From the IMG/VR virus record IMGVR_UViG_3300021400_000072: a stretch of 64,000 nt of DNA, one strand, 5' to 3'. A program made the position numbers and the translations under genes. The stretch's first letter is position 1, and each line of letters begins with the position of its first letter. Shown one piece after another: positions 7,356 through 18,345 of the stretch. The notes beneath the pieces are model-generated. The model made no database searches. It was not told the DNA's origin and saw nothing but the letters and a program-made list of their open reading frames with translations. This DNA comes from a virus.

Positions 7356-7928
7356 CTAACTTAATTCAATTATATTATCACAAATTTTACAAGAAGTAGG
7401 TTCTATCAAACATCTTCTACTACATCTTGACCGATATTCTCCAAATTGAGGAAGAATTGTACTATTAATTTCTTCTCCATCATAATTATAAATTATATCT
7501 TTTAATTTCCCATCCCATTTATGTTCTATTCCATAAATTTCATATAAAGTATTATACGCTTTATTTCCATTAATATCCACGAATTCAAACGTATCTATGA
7601 ATTGAGCATAATATGGTATATCTTCTGGACGAATAAAGAAATTTCTTATAGTGTCTATACTATCCCATTTTTTCTCACAATAATTGCAAAAACATCTTAG
7701 GCGGATTCCCTTTTTCTTAGTAAAATCCCTTGTAATTTTCATCATAAAAGCTAAATTTCCGCCAATTCTAATGTCTGTTACATTTAAAGAACAAAATCCA
7801 AGCAGATTTTCCCAATCACAGCAAATATATTGATAATAATGAGGAATGTTTAATGAATTGAATTTTTCTTCTATTTCTTTATTATAAATGACACTTCGTA
7901 CCGATATATTTGAATATATTTCCGCCAA
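7356..7928 (-). CDS. Cys-rich hypothetical protein (190 aa)
   Basis: ORF with multiple CxxC pairs. Confidence 0.5.
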   Translation of the reverse strand: MAEIYSNISVRSVIYNKEIEEKFNSLNIPHYYQYICCDWENLLGFCSLNVTDIRIGGNLAFMMKITRDFTKKKGIRLRCFCNYCEKKWDSIDTIRNFFIRPEDIPYYAQFIDTFEFVDINGNKAYNTLYEIYGIEHKWDGKLKDIIYNYDGEEINSTILPQFGEYRSRCSRRCLIEPTSCKICDNIIELS

Positions 7929-8130
7929 TGCACCTAAAATTGTAAAATCTTTTTCATCTAAAGGTACTGTTGTAATAATATTAATACGATAATCTTTATA
8001 TTCAGAAAGAAAATCATATAATTCTTTTATTTTAGGTTTATATATAATATTAATTTCTATTTTATCTTTATCGAAATATTTAAAGTTTCTATAAAATGGT
8101 ATCTAAAATTTCATTCTAATCCTATCCTCT

Positions 8131-8769
8131 CTACTCTCGGAATCCTGAAAAATCAATAATAATAGGATGACCATTTTTATATCCTACATTATCATAAGTT
8201 AAATCATCATTCCATTTAAGTTTTTTAATTAAAGTAAGAAACTCTTTAAACTTTTTTGGCCCATAATATTTTAATAAATCTATACACCAATCACTATTTA
8301 AATCATACCAACAATTAATTTTATGTAAAAAGGAATCCATTAATTCTCTTTTTTCTTTTGTTTTGTTATATGAGTTATTAAAAGGGGTACATTTTTCTTG
8401 AAGATAAATAGGATAATCATTAGCATAGCCAATAAAAATAGTTTCTGCAAAGCAATCTTTAAAAGGGGTAGAATAAATATTTTCATATCGTTCTACTTCT
8501 ACATTACAGTAATCCCATTCAAGTTCAGAGTTTGCACCAATAAAATTACAAAAACAATCTTCATAATATCCCTGGAAAGGAATTTTTATAACATAATCTT
8601 TATTACGTGGCATAATTACAAGTTTTGTTGCACCAAAATCATAATTAAAAATATACCCTTTATCAAAAAGATATAAAGTTAATTCATCTACTCTTGTATC
8701 ATCAAAAGTAGGATTAAAAAAATTAAAACCTTCAAACATATTAAGAATTTCATCTTCATTAAATGTCAT
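8131..8769 (-). CDS. hypothetical protein (212 aa)
   Basis: ORF; hairpin + T-run terminator at 8827-8868 upstream of the next unit. Confidence 0.55.
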   Translation of the reverse strand: MTFNEDEILNMFEGFNFFNPTFDDTRVDELTLYLFDKGYIFNYDFGATKLVIMPRNKDYVIKIPFQGYYEDCFCNFIGANSELEWDYCNVEVERYENIYSTPFKDCFAETIFIGYANDYPIYLQEKCTPFNNSYNKTKEKRELMDSFLHKINCWYDLNSDWCIDLLKYYGPKKFKEFLTLIKKLKWNDDLTYDNVGYKNGHPIIIDFSGFRE

Positions 8770-8868
8770 GTGTTATAATATTCTCCTTTTATTTTATATT
8801 TTTATTATAACAAAAAAAATAAAAAAAATCAAAGAGACCCCATAAAGGTATCTCTTTGATTTTTATAA

Positions 8869-9729
8869 TTAAATTTTAACAGCTTTACAACGGTTAAGAA
8901 CAGTTTGTTTTACACCATTATAAATCTGATGTTTCTTTACAGTTCCGGTAAGAAGAATAGTATCTCCTTTTTCAATGTCTTCATCAAGACCTGCGCCAGA
9001 GCAAAACCATGTAAGTACATTTTCACCCATTTTGAAAGTATACAGAATAGAAGTTCCATAATAACTTTCAACTGTGCGGGAACCTACAAGAGTAACATGA
9101 AGGTCTCTAAGACGTTCTTTCTCTTCTCCGATATATTCAGAGTTAGATTTTGGCATACATGCTTCTTTGGCGGCATCTGCTATTTCTTTAGCTTCATCCT
9201 TAATAAAGGCTTTCTTAATACGCCATTTCCAGTCAAAAACTTCATCAAAAGGAATAGAAGTCATTTTATATCCTGCGGGAACTTCTACGGGATGGGAAGC
9301 ATACCAGCCAAGATGAGGCTCAAAACGGCAACCAGCTTCTTTAAGAACATCCTTAATAGCATAAGTATCTCCAAGAATAAGCCAAACAAGAGGATTCTCT
9401 ACATCATAACCATTTTCCGCAAGGTAAATCCGCTTATTCTCCTCACTTGCAGCCTCCAGGCCAAGCATTTCTGCGGCTTTCTTTTCTGCTTTCCTCGTTT
9501 TTGCTTTTTCCTGATTAGCAACATACTTCTCATACTCCTCAGGAGTATAAGCCTTTACCCACTGACCCAGGCGGCCGCTACCATTACAACGGAAGCATGT
9601 ACCAAACCATGCGTAGACACCAGTCCCGCCACATCTATCACAAACTTCCTCAATATATGCTTTATGAGTGTTCTCATCTACCTTTTTAATAGTTGCATGC
9701 GCGTAAGAAGGGGCTACCATCCAAGTCAT
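8869..9729 (-). CDS. hypothetical protein with N-terminal zinc ribbon (286 aa)
   Basis: CDRCGGTG...CFRCNGSG motif. Confidence 0.55.
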   Translation of the reverse strand: MTWMVAPSYAHATIKKVDENTHKAYIEEVCDRCGGTGVYAWFGTCFRCNGSGRLGQWVKAYTPEEYEKYVANQEKAKTRKAEKKAAEMLGLEAASEENKRIYLAENGYDVENPLVWLILGDTYAIKDVLKEAGCRFEPHLGWYASHPVEVPAGYKMTSIPFDEVFDWKWRIKKAFIKDEAKEIADAAKEACMPKSNSEYIGEEKERLRDLHVTLVGSRTVESYYGTSILYTFKMGENVLTWFCSGAGLDEDIEKGDTILLTGTVKKHQIYNGVKQTVLNRCKAVKI

Positions 9730-9749
9730 ATTCTTTCTCCTTTTTCTGA

Positions 9750-9995
9750 TTAAACTCTGCGTTCTACTTCTCGTTTAATTCTTGCTTTGTCTTTTGCGGA
9801 AAGAGTGTCAAGATTAAGACCGTGTTTTGCGAGAATTTCCTCTTGCATATCATTAATATCATAATCTTTTCTTGCGTAAGTAACAAAATCATTAATTGCG
9901 GCATTTATCTTTGCCGTTTTAGTAGTTACCATATTATCCATTCCCGCAGATTCCATCATATAAAGACCATAAGGTGTACCAAACATTTTTTTCAT
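9750..9995 (-). CDS. hypothetical protein (81 aa)
   Basis: ORF preceded by an AT-rich promoter-like repeat at 10020-10050. Confidence 0.5.
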   Translation of the reverse strand: MKKMFGTPYGLYMMESAGMDNMVTTKTAKINAAINDFVTYARKDYDINDMQEEILAKHGLNLDTLSAKDKARIKREVERRV

Positions 9996-10048
9996 TTCCT
10001 TTCTTTCCTTATCTTTATATATATTATATAAAAAATTTTAAAAAAAAT

Positions 10049-10075
10049 AAAGGGGATGTATTACATCCCCTAAAT
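10049..10075 (-). terminator. intrinsic terminator after lysin gene
   Basis: GGGGATGTA-at-TACATCCCC stem followed (minus sense) by T8. Confidence 0.6.
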
Positions 10076-10076
10076 A

Positions 10077-11825
10077 TTATTTATGAAAAGTCTTATTTAA
10101 ATTATTTTTTGAACAGCTGATTATCATATTGTCTGGATAACAATCAACATAACATTCTCCATTTTCGTATGCCATCATAACAATAGCACCTTTATCAGTA
10201 AAGACTTTATAAGTTAATTTGCGGCCTCCGCTTGATTTACTATGATGATAATTAGATAATCCAACTTTAGGTGAACAAGCATTAATTTGAATTATCTTAA
10301 TACCGTTTCTGTCAGAGTGCCATTGTAATTTAAATACATCACATTTTAATTGATTCTTTTTCTATGCTACTAAAGCATCAATAGCCTAATAAGAGAGGTC
10401 CCCAGCAGTGAAGAATTTCCATCCGTTTAAATTAAACATTAATGCAACAGACATCATATTTACAAAATGATGGTCATCAGTTTGTTTTAATTTAGAACGT
10501 TTTACTTGCCAAGACCAATCTAGTTTAATATTACCTGCGGACCAAGTAAAACCGTTAGATATGTATTTATAATTAATTCTCTTATCTTTAGCTATTGTTC
10601 CGATACTTTTTAAAGTAGAAATAGCTTTTTTCGCGGCTTTTACAGATTCCATTTCTTTATAATCTGATATAAAAATATTCTCTACTGTAAAAGTCTGGCA
10701 AATAGATTTTAAAATACTTAAATTTGCATGATCCCCGTGTCCGTGAGAAATAAATATAGCGTTTATTTTTGGCGGATTAATCTTTTTTAGCTTTTTAATT
10801 GTATCTCCCCCGCCAGGACCCGTATCTATTAAAACACAATTTTTAATTGTTTTATTATCATCTGCATACTCGGTGATAAGATAACTGTCACCATATAAAT
10901 TACTATTAGATTCAGACGTCCAAATTTGATGTATTCTTATTTTATTTTTTTTTGATGAAGGGGCTTGAGTTAATATTTCATTAACCTTCTTTTGTACTTT
11001 AGTTGTATCATATCCACAGAATTTTAATAATAATACTCTTATTTCACCTTTATCAAATTTATTTGCTATTACACATTGGGCGGCCGCCTATACAGTTTTA
11101 CCTTTTAGAGCATATATTTCATTAATATGAGTTTGAACTTTGTTAGCCCATGAAGATAAACGTTTTGTTCGATAGTCATTTTTACCCATGTATCCTGCAA
11201 TTGTAGCAATAGCAAGAGCATGAACAGTATTAGATTGATTTGAAACAATCTAATTTACTTTATTTTGTATTGCTTTTGCGTTCTATGTGCCAAAAGCGGC
11301 AAGCATAGCAGTTCTATTAGTACCAGATCCATAAGTGCCAAGAATTACCTAAGCCGCGCAAATAGTCGTTTGAAGATTATTCATTATAGGCATAGCATTA
11401 TATTTAGGTCTAATGTATCCTAAAACAAATCTACCTTTATATGTTCTACGACTACAACCACCATTATAATTTCCTGAAATAGTTCTGTTATATCCTACAC
11501 AGAATTCGGTATGATTAGGCTTTTTATTACTGTCACAATAGATGATAATATCTCCAGGGCGGACGCCTGAAGTTCCATTATGCCAAATTCCTAATTTCTT
11601 TGCTTTTGATATAGCATCACCAGAAATTTGAGAATATCCTCCTATTGTATCTATTCCGCCTGCATCCTATAAAGCTGCCATAATTGTCATTGTACCCCAA
11701 GCCGCAGACATTTTAGCACTATGATTATGTTTTTTTAATGTGTTTACAACATCCTAATGTGCGGTCTTACTACCGTCATATTTATTATAGGCTGTTAAAA
11801 CATCCCAAACTGTACATTTTCCCAT
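10077..11825 (-). CDS. putative lysin: N-terminal CHAP/NlpC-P60-like Cys-His hydrolase fused to C-terminal metallo-beta-lactamase-fold domain; TAG-recoded
   Basis: ATG at 11825 with RBS AAGGAGG. Reading frame continuous to TAA at 10077 through about 8 in-frame TAG codons. Motifs ...GDIIIYCDSN...HTEFCVGY... and ...ISHGHGDH.... Confidence 0.6.
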
Positions 11826-11837
11826 TTATTGTCCTCC

Positions 11838-12593
11838 TTATAAATTAACATCACTTGAAATGTAATATCCTGTCATTTTATAAGTTTTACAGAATTTTTG
11901 AATACGTGCTTTAAGATTTGCGGAAGTTGTATATTCTAATAAAAATGTTTGCATTTTATGACGAAGAATTCGTTTCATGTGACTTTTATACCATGAGTGC
12001 ATATCTTTTTTCTGCTAACCGAATTTTCCCTTTCCGCTATAGCTTTTAATTAAACTATAAACTTCCTCTTGTGTAACACCATCTATAAATGTGATTGTTT
12101 TATGAGAAGAATCTTTATCCATAAGTTTATCTAAAAACTAACTTCCGCCATTTATCATTATATATTTAGTTTTATCTATTGCCCGTATTCTTTTTAAGAG
12201 AGTAATAATACCATTATACATTTCTGTACTTTTGTGATATTCATATACATCTAGGTTATCTAGCCACCAACCTTGAAATCCGCGGTTTTTTAGTTCTCTT
12301 GCTCTATATACAATAAAATCTCTAACTGCGGGTTTCCTTAAATCGAGATAATATTCATGGGGCCAGTCCTATAATTTACTAAGCCGATAGGGTTTTAATT
12401 GTTTATAATAACTTCTCTAATTAGAAATAGAGCCGGCAGATAAATACCCTAAAAGGGTATAACCCGCGGCTCTTAAATCCTAAATCTATTTATTTGTATA
12501 ATCCTATGGCTAAATAACTAAAATAGTTTTAGTTTTTGCTTTTCCTAATTTCTTAGGAGTAGCTTTTGTTGTTAACATAACAATATAATTCAT
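11838..12593 (-). CDS. glycoside hydrolase-like TIM-barrel (GH114-like); TAG-recoded
   Basis: Continuous frame from ATG 12593 to TAA 11838 with about 9 in-frame TAGs; motifs RGFQGWWLDNLDV and MINGG. Confidence 0.45.
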
Positions 12594-12598
12594 TTATA

Positions 12599-13051
12599 TT
12601 ACCATTGCCAATCTATTTGACCATAAGGGTAGTATGGCATCCCTTCTTCTGTTCGCCATCGGCCTCTTCGTTTAATTTGCCGAAGATGAAGTTTTGTATT
12701 ATATCTTTGAGTTTTATGAGTTCCAGGGATATAAATATAACGAATTGAGCCATTTCTATGACGAATATCTAAATAGTGGCTATCCTTTCTTTGCATTTTT
12801 CCGTTATGTTTAAAATAATAGAATTTACCATTGATTACTTTAATACAATCTTTTGCAAGTTCTCCACGTTTATGAAGAGCGGAAGTAGATTGATAGCGGT
12901 AATACCAGTCGCCGCCAGATTTAAAAAGACCATATTTATTTGATGAATGAGTTTTTGCTTCTACTTTAACGGCAGATATTGCTATTTCCGCCAAAATTAC
13001 AAGAATAATTATGATGAATGTAAGAATAATAGTTTTATTCTTTTTTTGCAT
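12599..13051 (-). CDS. membrane-anchored protein with cell-wall-binding-like YG repeats (150 aa)
   Basis: N-terminal TM helix; GDWYYRY / GKFYYFKHNGKM repeats; adjacent to lysin genes. Confidence 0.5.
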   Translation of the reverse strand: MQKKNKTIILTFIIIILVILAEIAISAVKVEAKTHSSNKYGLFKSGGDWYYRYQSTSALHKRGELAKDCIKVINGKFYYFKHNGKMQRKDSHYLDIRHRNGSIRYIYIPGTHKTQRYNTKLHLRQIKRRGRWRTEEGMPYYPYGQIDWQW

Positions 13052-13094
13052 TATATTTTCTCCTTTATAATATTATAAAAAAAGACATACTAAA

Positions 13095-13457
13095 TTAAGG
13101 AAAGATGTCCTTACTTTCTTTCCAAAATTTTTCATATTCTTTTCGTTCGTTAGAGGCATTTTGCTTGCGGACAAAATCTATCCATCGAGAACGAATTTTT
13201 TCAATAGCAGGCATTAAATAACATTTATCTATAGTTTCTGGGTCAGAATGATAGAAAATTTCTTTAGGGATAGACACTTCTTCTGTAATTCTACCTTTTG
13301 ATACAGGTGAAAAATCTGTTAATTTAATGTGAATATTTCCATCAGAAAGTAAATTAAATTCCATGCTAAGATTTTGACTGAGGTATTTAAATAAAACGGT
13401 ATTCATTTTAATCCTTTCTTTTACCAGTTTTGAGTTACAATGAGGCGGCCACCGCAT
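13095..13457 (-). CDS. hypothetical protein (120 aa)
   Basis: ORF. Confidence 0.5.
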   Translation of the reverse strand: MRWPPHCNSKLVKERIKMNTVLFKYLSQNLSMEFNLLSDGNIHIKLTDFSPVSKGRITEEVSIPKEIFYHSDPETIDKCYLMPAIEKIRSRWIDFVRKQNASNERKEYEKFWKESKDIFP

Positions 13458-13915
13458 TTACAAGTATATCTTTCGGGATATTTTACCACTTTACCTGCTC
13501 TATGATAATAACCAACAATTTCTCCACAAGAGGAACAAGTAACAATGTATTTATATGTATCTGGAGAATATGCGGCGACCTTGGTTTTTGTGGTATTAAA
13601 GGTACAATTAATGCGGGCACACATTTCTTTAAATACTTTATCGTGACCATGGTCCTCATGGGTTTCTACGATAACGAGATAGTGCGCGCATTCGTGTTTG
13701 ATTACATCATCTATTGTTGCGGGGTTGCCTTCTTCAAGTAATTTGTAACTAAATTCCATACTTTCAGGGGTAACATATCCGCCACAAGAGAAGAAAAGGA
13801 CTCTACCAAGAGTTCTGGTAAGTCTTTTGTTAATTTTTACAGGAATTGTAAAATTATAACCTGCGGATTTGCAAATTTCTGTACAACGAGCGGTAAGGTC
13901 CTTTTCTGTCATCAT
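13421..13915 (-). CDS. SprT-like zinc metalloprotease domain protein
   Basis: HECAHYLV...HEDHGHD motif followed by Zn-ribbon CSSCG...CKCGG. Confidence 0.6.
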   Translation of the reverse strand: MMTEKDLTARCTEICKSAGYNFTIPVKINKRLTRTLGRVLFFSCGGYVTPESMEFSYKLLEEGNPATIDDVIKHECAHYLVIVETHEDHGHDKVFKEMCARINCTFNTTKTKVAAYSPDTYKYIVTCSSCGEIVGYYHRAGKVVKYPERYTCKCGGRLIVTQNW

Positions 13916-13938
13916 AATGATTTCCTTTCTTTTGTTAT

Positions 13939-14475
13939 TTATTCGTTAATAACTTCAATACAACAAGATTTCATTACTTCAAGAGCAGCTTTATGCTTTT
14001 CGGGGGTGGTTCCCGCACAACAAGAGGCATCTACAATAATTGGAATATTTGGATACATTGCTCTAAGAATAAGTGCATTAGAAATAACACAAATATCTGT
14101 ACATACTCCTACTATTTGAATTGAAGAATCTTCATTATCTTCCATACGATAAGAAATCCATTTAGTTATTCCAAAAGTTTCCTTTTGTATTGCACCTATA
14201 GAGTATGGAAAAAGTTCATTTATAATACACCATCCAGGAGTACCTGTTATACAATGTTTAGGAACTTTCTGTTCTTCTATTAAAAAATTATCATTTCCAT
14301 AATTTATAGAATGAGAATCTTGAGTAAAAATAATATTAGTTTTTTGTTTACAACTTAATTTTTTATAAGATTCTATTTTATTTTTAATATTAGGTACAAT
14401 TGCGCGGGCTTCAGGTGTTCCGAGAGGACCAGTTACAAAATCGTTTTGCATATCAATTACAATAAGTGCTTTCAT
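13939..14475 (-). CDS. isochorismatase-family cysteine hydrolase (nicotinamidase/YcaC-like)
   Basis: N-terminal KALIVIDMQNDF hallmark and later ...GVCTDICV... catalytic Cys context. Confidence 0.65.
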   Translation of the reverse strand: MKALIVIDMQNDFVTGPLGTPEARAIVPNIKNKIESYKKLSCKQKTNIIFTQDSHSINYGNDNFLIEEQKVPKHCITGTPGWCIINELFPYSIGAIQKETFGITKWISYRMEDNEDSSIQIVGVCTDICVISNALILRAMYPNIPIIVDASCCAGTTPEKHKAALEVMKSCCIEVINE

Positions 14476-14530
14476 TTAAATTCCTTTCTTGCGGAGGCTA
14501 GGTTATGTCAGGATTAAGCTACTTCCCGCA

Positions 14531-14983
14531 TTAATTATCAAACCAATAAAGAACATATACATCAGAAGGATAATAATATTCATAACCAGCAAATCTAATA
14601 TAATATTCTATTTGTTCGATAAAAAATTTAATGGGGTTAGTTGTTTCAACTATTTCATCACCGCAGTTATCATAATCAGTAATAGTAGGATTACACATTA
14701 AATAATTTTTTAAATCTGCAAAATTAACTTCTTTAAAATTGAAATACCCCATGGTATTTTGTATTTCTTGAATTTCTTTAGCAAAAGAAGGCTCAAGAAA
14801 AGTAGTGTGTAACTGATTCCAGGGAATATCATTTTCTAAAAGTTCAAATAATTCGTGATTACGTTTATTATAAGGTTTAATAGAAATGTATTTATCTTTT
14901 TCCTTGCTGAAAATTTCTATTTTATCGTAGAATCCTGTTTCAGTATTTCTTATAGCAACAGCTGTGTGAATATCTTTTCCCAT
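14531..14983 (-). CDS. hypothetical protein (150 aa)
   Basis: ORF. Confidence 0.5.
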   Translation of the reverse strand: MGKDIHTAVAIRNTETGFYDKIEIFSKEKDKYISIKPYNKRNHELFELLENDIPWNQLHTTFLEPSFAKEIQEIQNTMGYFNFKEVNFADLKNYLMCNPTITDYDNCGDEIVETTNPIKFFIEQIEYYIRFAGYEYYYPSDVYVLYWFDN

Positions 14984-15059
14984 TGTATCTCCTTTCTATG
15001 CGGGCGGTAGGTTATGTCAGGATTGAAGGTGCCGCCGCATCTTTTATTAGTTTATAAAT

Positions 15060-15290
15060 TTAATGAGGAAAAATGCGCATACAAAATTCTCGAATATCAG
15101 AATCCGAAATTGAGAAATATGCGATTGGATTTACAATAGTAAGAGAAGCTAATTCCAAAGCAGAAATGCTTGGAAATTTATTATCCCAATAGAGAATTCG
15201 ATTTTCAAGAGAAAAAGAATCCTGTGAAGCATTGCGAGCTTCCAAGTAATTTGATACTAGATTAAATGCGCGGGTTTGCTTAAAATCCAT
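15060..15290 (-). CDS. hypothetical protein (76 aa)
   Basis: ORF; minus promoter TTGCTA-N17-TATAAT at 15300-15345. Confidence 0.45.
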   Translation of the reverse strand: MDFKQTRAFNLVSNYLEARNASQDSFSLENRILYWDNKFPSISALELASLTIVNPIAYFSISDSDIREFCMRIFPH

Positions 15291-15299
15291 GTTATTACT

Positions 15300-15395
15300 T
15301 CCTTTCTATTGTTTCATTTTCTAAATATATTATATAATAAATTTTTAAAATTAGCAACTTGATTTTATAGAGATTTTTTGTTATAATATAATAAG
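15300..15395. promoter_or_regulatory. divergent promoter pair at the strand-switch point
   Basis: Minus TTGCTA-N17-TATAAT (15300-15345) and plus TTGATT-N17-TATAAT (15359-15393), back to back. Confidence 0.5.
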
Positions 15396-15416
15396 AAAAT
15401 AAAAGGAGATTAGATA

Positions 15417-15554
15417 TGAATGTAGTATTATTTATTATTTGTGTTATAATAGCGGGATCGGCAATGCTTCGCATTGCCGAGTTGAGTGTTAATTCAGCAA
15501 ATTTGCACTTCGTGCAAATTCTGCTAAATTCCACTCAACCAATTATTATATAGG
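15417..15554 (+). CDS. small hydrophobic peptide (45 aa)
   Basis: RBS AAAGGAG + ATG; predicted TM helix; overlaps strong hairpins. The antisense 79-aa minus ORF 15295..15534 runs through promoter DNA and is the less likely call. Confidence 0.3.
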
Positions 15555-15733
15555 ATAAAAATAGGGGGTAGTAGTATGACAATAGTATGTGATTGTACAG
15601 CTTGCTCTTATAATAGAGGCCGCTTTTGTAGAAATAGGTTAATTAAAATTACTAAATAGGGTATTTGTAAAAGATTAACTATGCGAAATTGGCGGGAGCC
15701 AGTTTAGTAGAGATTTATGGAGGGTTATAGAAA

Positions 15734-16204
15734 GTGTTAGTAGGAATCACAGGACATAGACCAGAAAGACTAGGCACCAATTGGCCTGTAGTAGAAAGAT
15801 GGATAGCTGGAAAGTTAGAAGAATATAAAGCAAGAGAAGAAAGAGTCAGTTTAATTACTGGCATGGCGCGAGGTGTTGACCAGATTGCGGCTACAACTGC
15901 AATTGATGCGGGGGTAGGTGTAAGATGTTATTACCCTTTCCCGCATAAAATGAGTAATTTAGAAGATTATGTTACAACTCATGCGGAAGTTGTTAGGTAT
16001 GAGGCAAATGAATATATGCCCAATGCGTATTTTATCAGGGACCGCCGCATTGTTGATGATTGTGATGTGCTTTTGGTTGTGTGGGATGGTATAAAATATG
16101 GGGGTACTTATTATACTTATAAGTATGCTCTTGAAAAGGGTAAGAAGGTTGAAGTTTTTAAGATACCTGTGCGAGGTGCAGAGATAAATAAGAGGCCTAT
16201 ATAA
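15734..16204 (+). CDS. SLOG-superfamily Rossmann protein (DprA/Smf-like or YpsA-like)
   Basis: GTG start with GGAGGG RBS; ...GMARGVDQIAATTAIDAGVGV...YYPFPH...RDRRIVDDCDVLLVVWDG... pattern; no TAG. Confidence 0.5.
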   Translation: MLVGITGHRPERLGTNWPVVERWIAGKLEEYKAREERVSLITGMARGVDQIAATTAIDAGVGVRCYYPFPHKMSNLEDYVTTHAEVVRYEANEYMPNAYFIRDRRIVDDCDVLLVVWDGIKYGGTYYTYKYALEKGKKVEVFKIPVRGAEINKRPI

Positions 16205-16239
16205 TGTAGGTTTAATCTGGAAAAAGGAGGGGCCGCCGC

Positions 16240-16593
16240 ATGATTGTTGGAGTTTGGTTTAAAGATAGGGATTGGTGTGAGAAATGGTTTGCGGATTTTT
16301 TAAGTAAGATTAATTATGATGTGGTTGATAGAGTGATTAGATCTAAGATATAGCCGCCTAGGATAATAATGAAGAATGGTAGTTATATTAAAGGTATTCC
16401 TGCAACAGATAATTCCCGGGGTCATAAGATGCATGTAGCTTATTTAGAACCGGGGATAAGAGATTCAGATATTTTTGATTATGTAATTTAGCCTACTGTT
16501 GTTATTTTTGATTTTAGAGATAACAGATATAAAAAAGGGGAGATTTATGAAGGTCTTTATGGGGGGTAGGTTAAATTGGACTAGGTTCCTTGA
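16240..16593 (+). CDS. hypothetical protein (117 aa), TAG-recoded
   Basis: RBS AAAAGGAGG + ATG; frame open to TGA at 16591 through 4 in-frame TAGs. Confidence 0.5.
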
Positions 16594-16684
16594 AATTGGG
16601 GGTAGAGTAATGAGTGATTAAGGTGCGGATCCCGCGCAGGGGAACCTTTTTGCATTTTTTGATTGAAGAATTTTTGGTTATGAA

Positions 16685-16740
16685 AGTTTCTTAAATTTGT
16701 ATTTCCACTATATATATAAGAGAAATACAAATTTAAGAAA
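16685..16740. repeat. perfect 19-bp inverted repeat (GTTTCTTAAATTTGTATTTC...GAAATACAAATTTAAGAAA)
   Basis: In the 230-nt non-coding gap before the recoded gene 16833; a second hairpin GAAAGTGAAAGG-TCACTTTC follows. Confidence 0.5.
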
Positions 16741-16832
16741 GTTACTATTTTATGAAAGTGAAAGGTCACTTTCGTAAAATATATAATTTTTTATTTTTAT
16801 ATAGAGTATAAAAATAAAAGGAGGATTCCAAA

Positions 16833-17552
16833 ATGGAATTAAAAAAAGATACTTTATATAGTATAGGCTAGATAGCTCAATGGTTTGGGTTAAAAGGTAA
16901 AAAATTTAGTAATGATAGTCAGAAGAATAAAAAATTATAGTAGTTAAAACTTTTTGCAAGTTATGAATTAAGAGGGAATAAAATAAAGAAGGTATTTATA
17001 AAATAGGTTTATTAGCCTGTATATAGTAAGCAAGGGAGTAAGAGTTATCAGATTATTAAAGATAATTATTAGAAATATTGGCAGGATAATGGAAAGGGGC
17101 TTGATACTATTGAAAGAGTTGGAGAAGAAATTTATAAAAATGGATTAGTTCCTGTCGCGAAAAATACTACTATTGCTTATGTGGGGAGAAGTAAAAGAGA
17201 AGAGTATGGAAAGAATTATAGTGCAGGAGGAGCAAAAGGATATAGTATATACTCTTGGGGAAAAAAGGTTCAACAAGGTAATTAGATTATATTAGTACCT
17301 TTAAATAAAGAAGAAGAAGAAATTAAGAATAAGTTAATTAAAAAATATTTTGGTAATACTACAGAAAAGCAGATTTTTGTACAAGGAATGGTTGATAATG
17401 GGTAGATTACTAAAGAATAGGCATGGAGTTTGTTGGAAGAGTTAACTGATATGAAAAATAGTTTTGGTGCTTTTAAGGCAGAATTTGAAACGCTTATTAA
17501 TAGTCCTATTGGTAGAGGAACTTATTTAATAGAGATGAAAGGAGCTTTTTAA
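16833..17552 (+). CDS. hypothetical protein (~239 aa), heavily TAG-recoded
   Basis: RBS AAAGGAGG; frame continuous from ATG 16833 to TAA 17550 through 13 in-frame TAGs. Confidence 0.55.
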
Positions 17553-17553
17553 T

Positions 17554-17877
17554 ATGGGATTTCGTTATTTTTTAGCACAGGATTTTTTAGAAGATTATGA
17601 AGATATATGCTTATTATTGTTAGATGAAGAAGGAAAAGAGATTTATCAAATTATTGCGAGGATTTTAAATATAAGTCAGTATGATTCTGATTTAATAAAA
17701 GAGTTTGAAGATAAGTATATTAAATTTTTTGAAAAAGAAATTTAGTGGATAGATGAAGAACATTTTTCTTTTCCTAAAGAGGTAGCTTGGGATTTGAAAG
17801 ATTGTCTAGATGAAAATGGAAGGATAGTAGATAACTTTGAAGGTGTTTTAGTAAGAGATATTAGGTTTAAAGAATGA
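17554..17877 (+). CDS. hypothetical protein (~107 aa), one in-frame TAG
   Basis: Extends the ORF-track ORF 17554..17745 through TAG to TGA at 17875. Confidence 0.45.
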
Positions 17878-18061
17878 TGTAAATTATGTAAAATTGAAGT
17901 AAATTGGGGATGTGTGGTGGCCGACCTACCTACTTCCTATATCTCATTAGAGTATGGATAACGAATATTAACGGGAAAAATTTTTTTTTATAAAAAAAAT
18001 TCTCCCCCATTATAATTATAATAAAAAATTATAAAGAAATCAAATCCATAAAACATTAAAC

Positions 18062-18090
18062 GAGGCTCACTTCGGTGAGCCTTTTTTTTA
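18062..18090 (+). terminator. intrinsic terminator ending the plus-strand block
   Basis: GAGGCTCAC-ttcg-GTGAGCCTC followed by T8. Confidence 0.7.
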
Positions 18091-18345
18091 TATTATCTCA
18101 TATTTTTTTAATAAAGTCAAGTGCGGTCTCGGCGGCAAGGCCATATGCCTCGGTCTGAACCTAAGGGCCATATAATGCGGGAAGCAGGTGATACTGCACA
18201 TGAGTCCATCTCCGCCTGACGGATTCACATAGGTGAATTCAGTTATGTGGATAGGTTCACCTTTGTGGATTGTGCATTTTGCACAAAAATTTCGGGATTT
18301 TTAAGATGATTTTTGTGCAACTTTTTTTGAAAAAAATATTGACAT

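Noticed and set aside
8398-9753. Plus-strand ORFs 8398..8676 and 8905..9753
   Set aside because: Antisense shadows of minus-strand genes 8131..8769 and 8869..9729; low-complexity F/I/K-rich translations.
15295-15534. 79-aa minus-strand ORF
   Set aside because: Its C-terminal half translates the AT-rich divergent promoter region. The plus-strand 45-aa ORF with a strong RBS is preferred, at low confidence.
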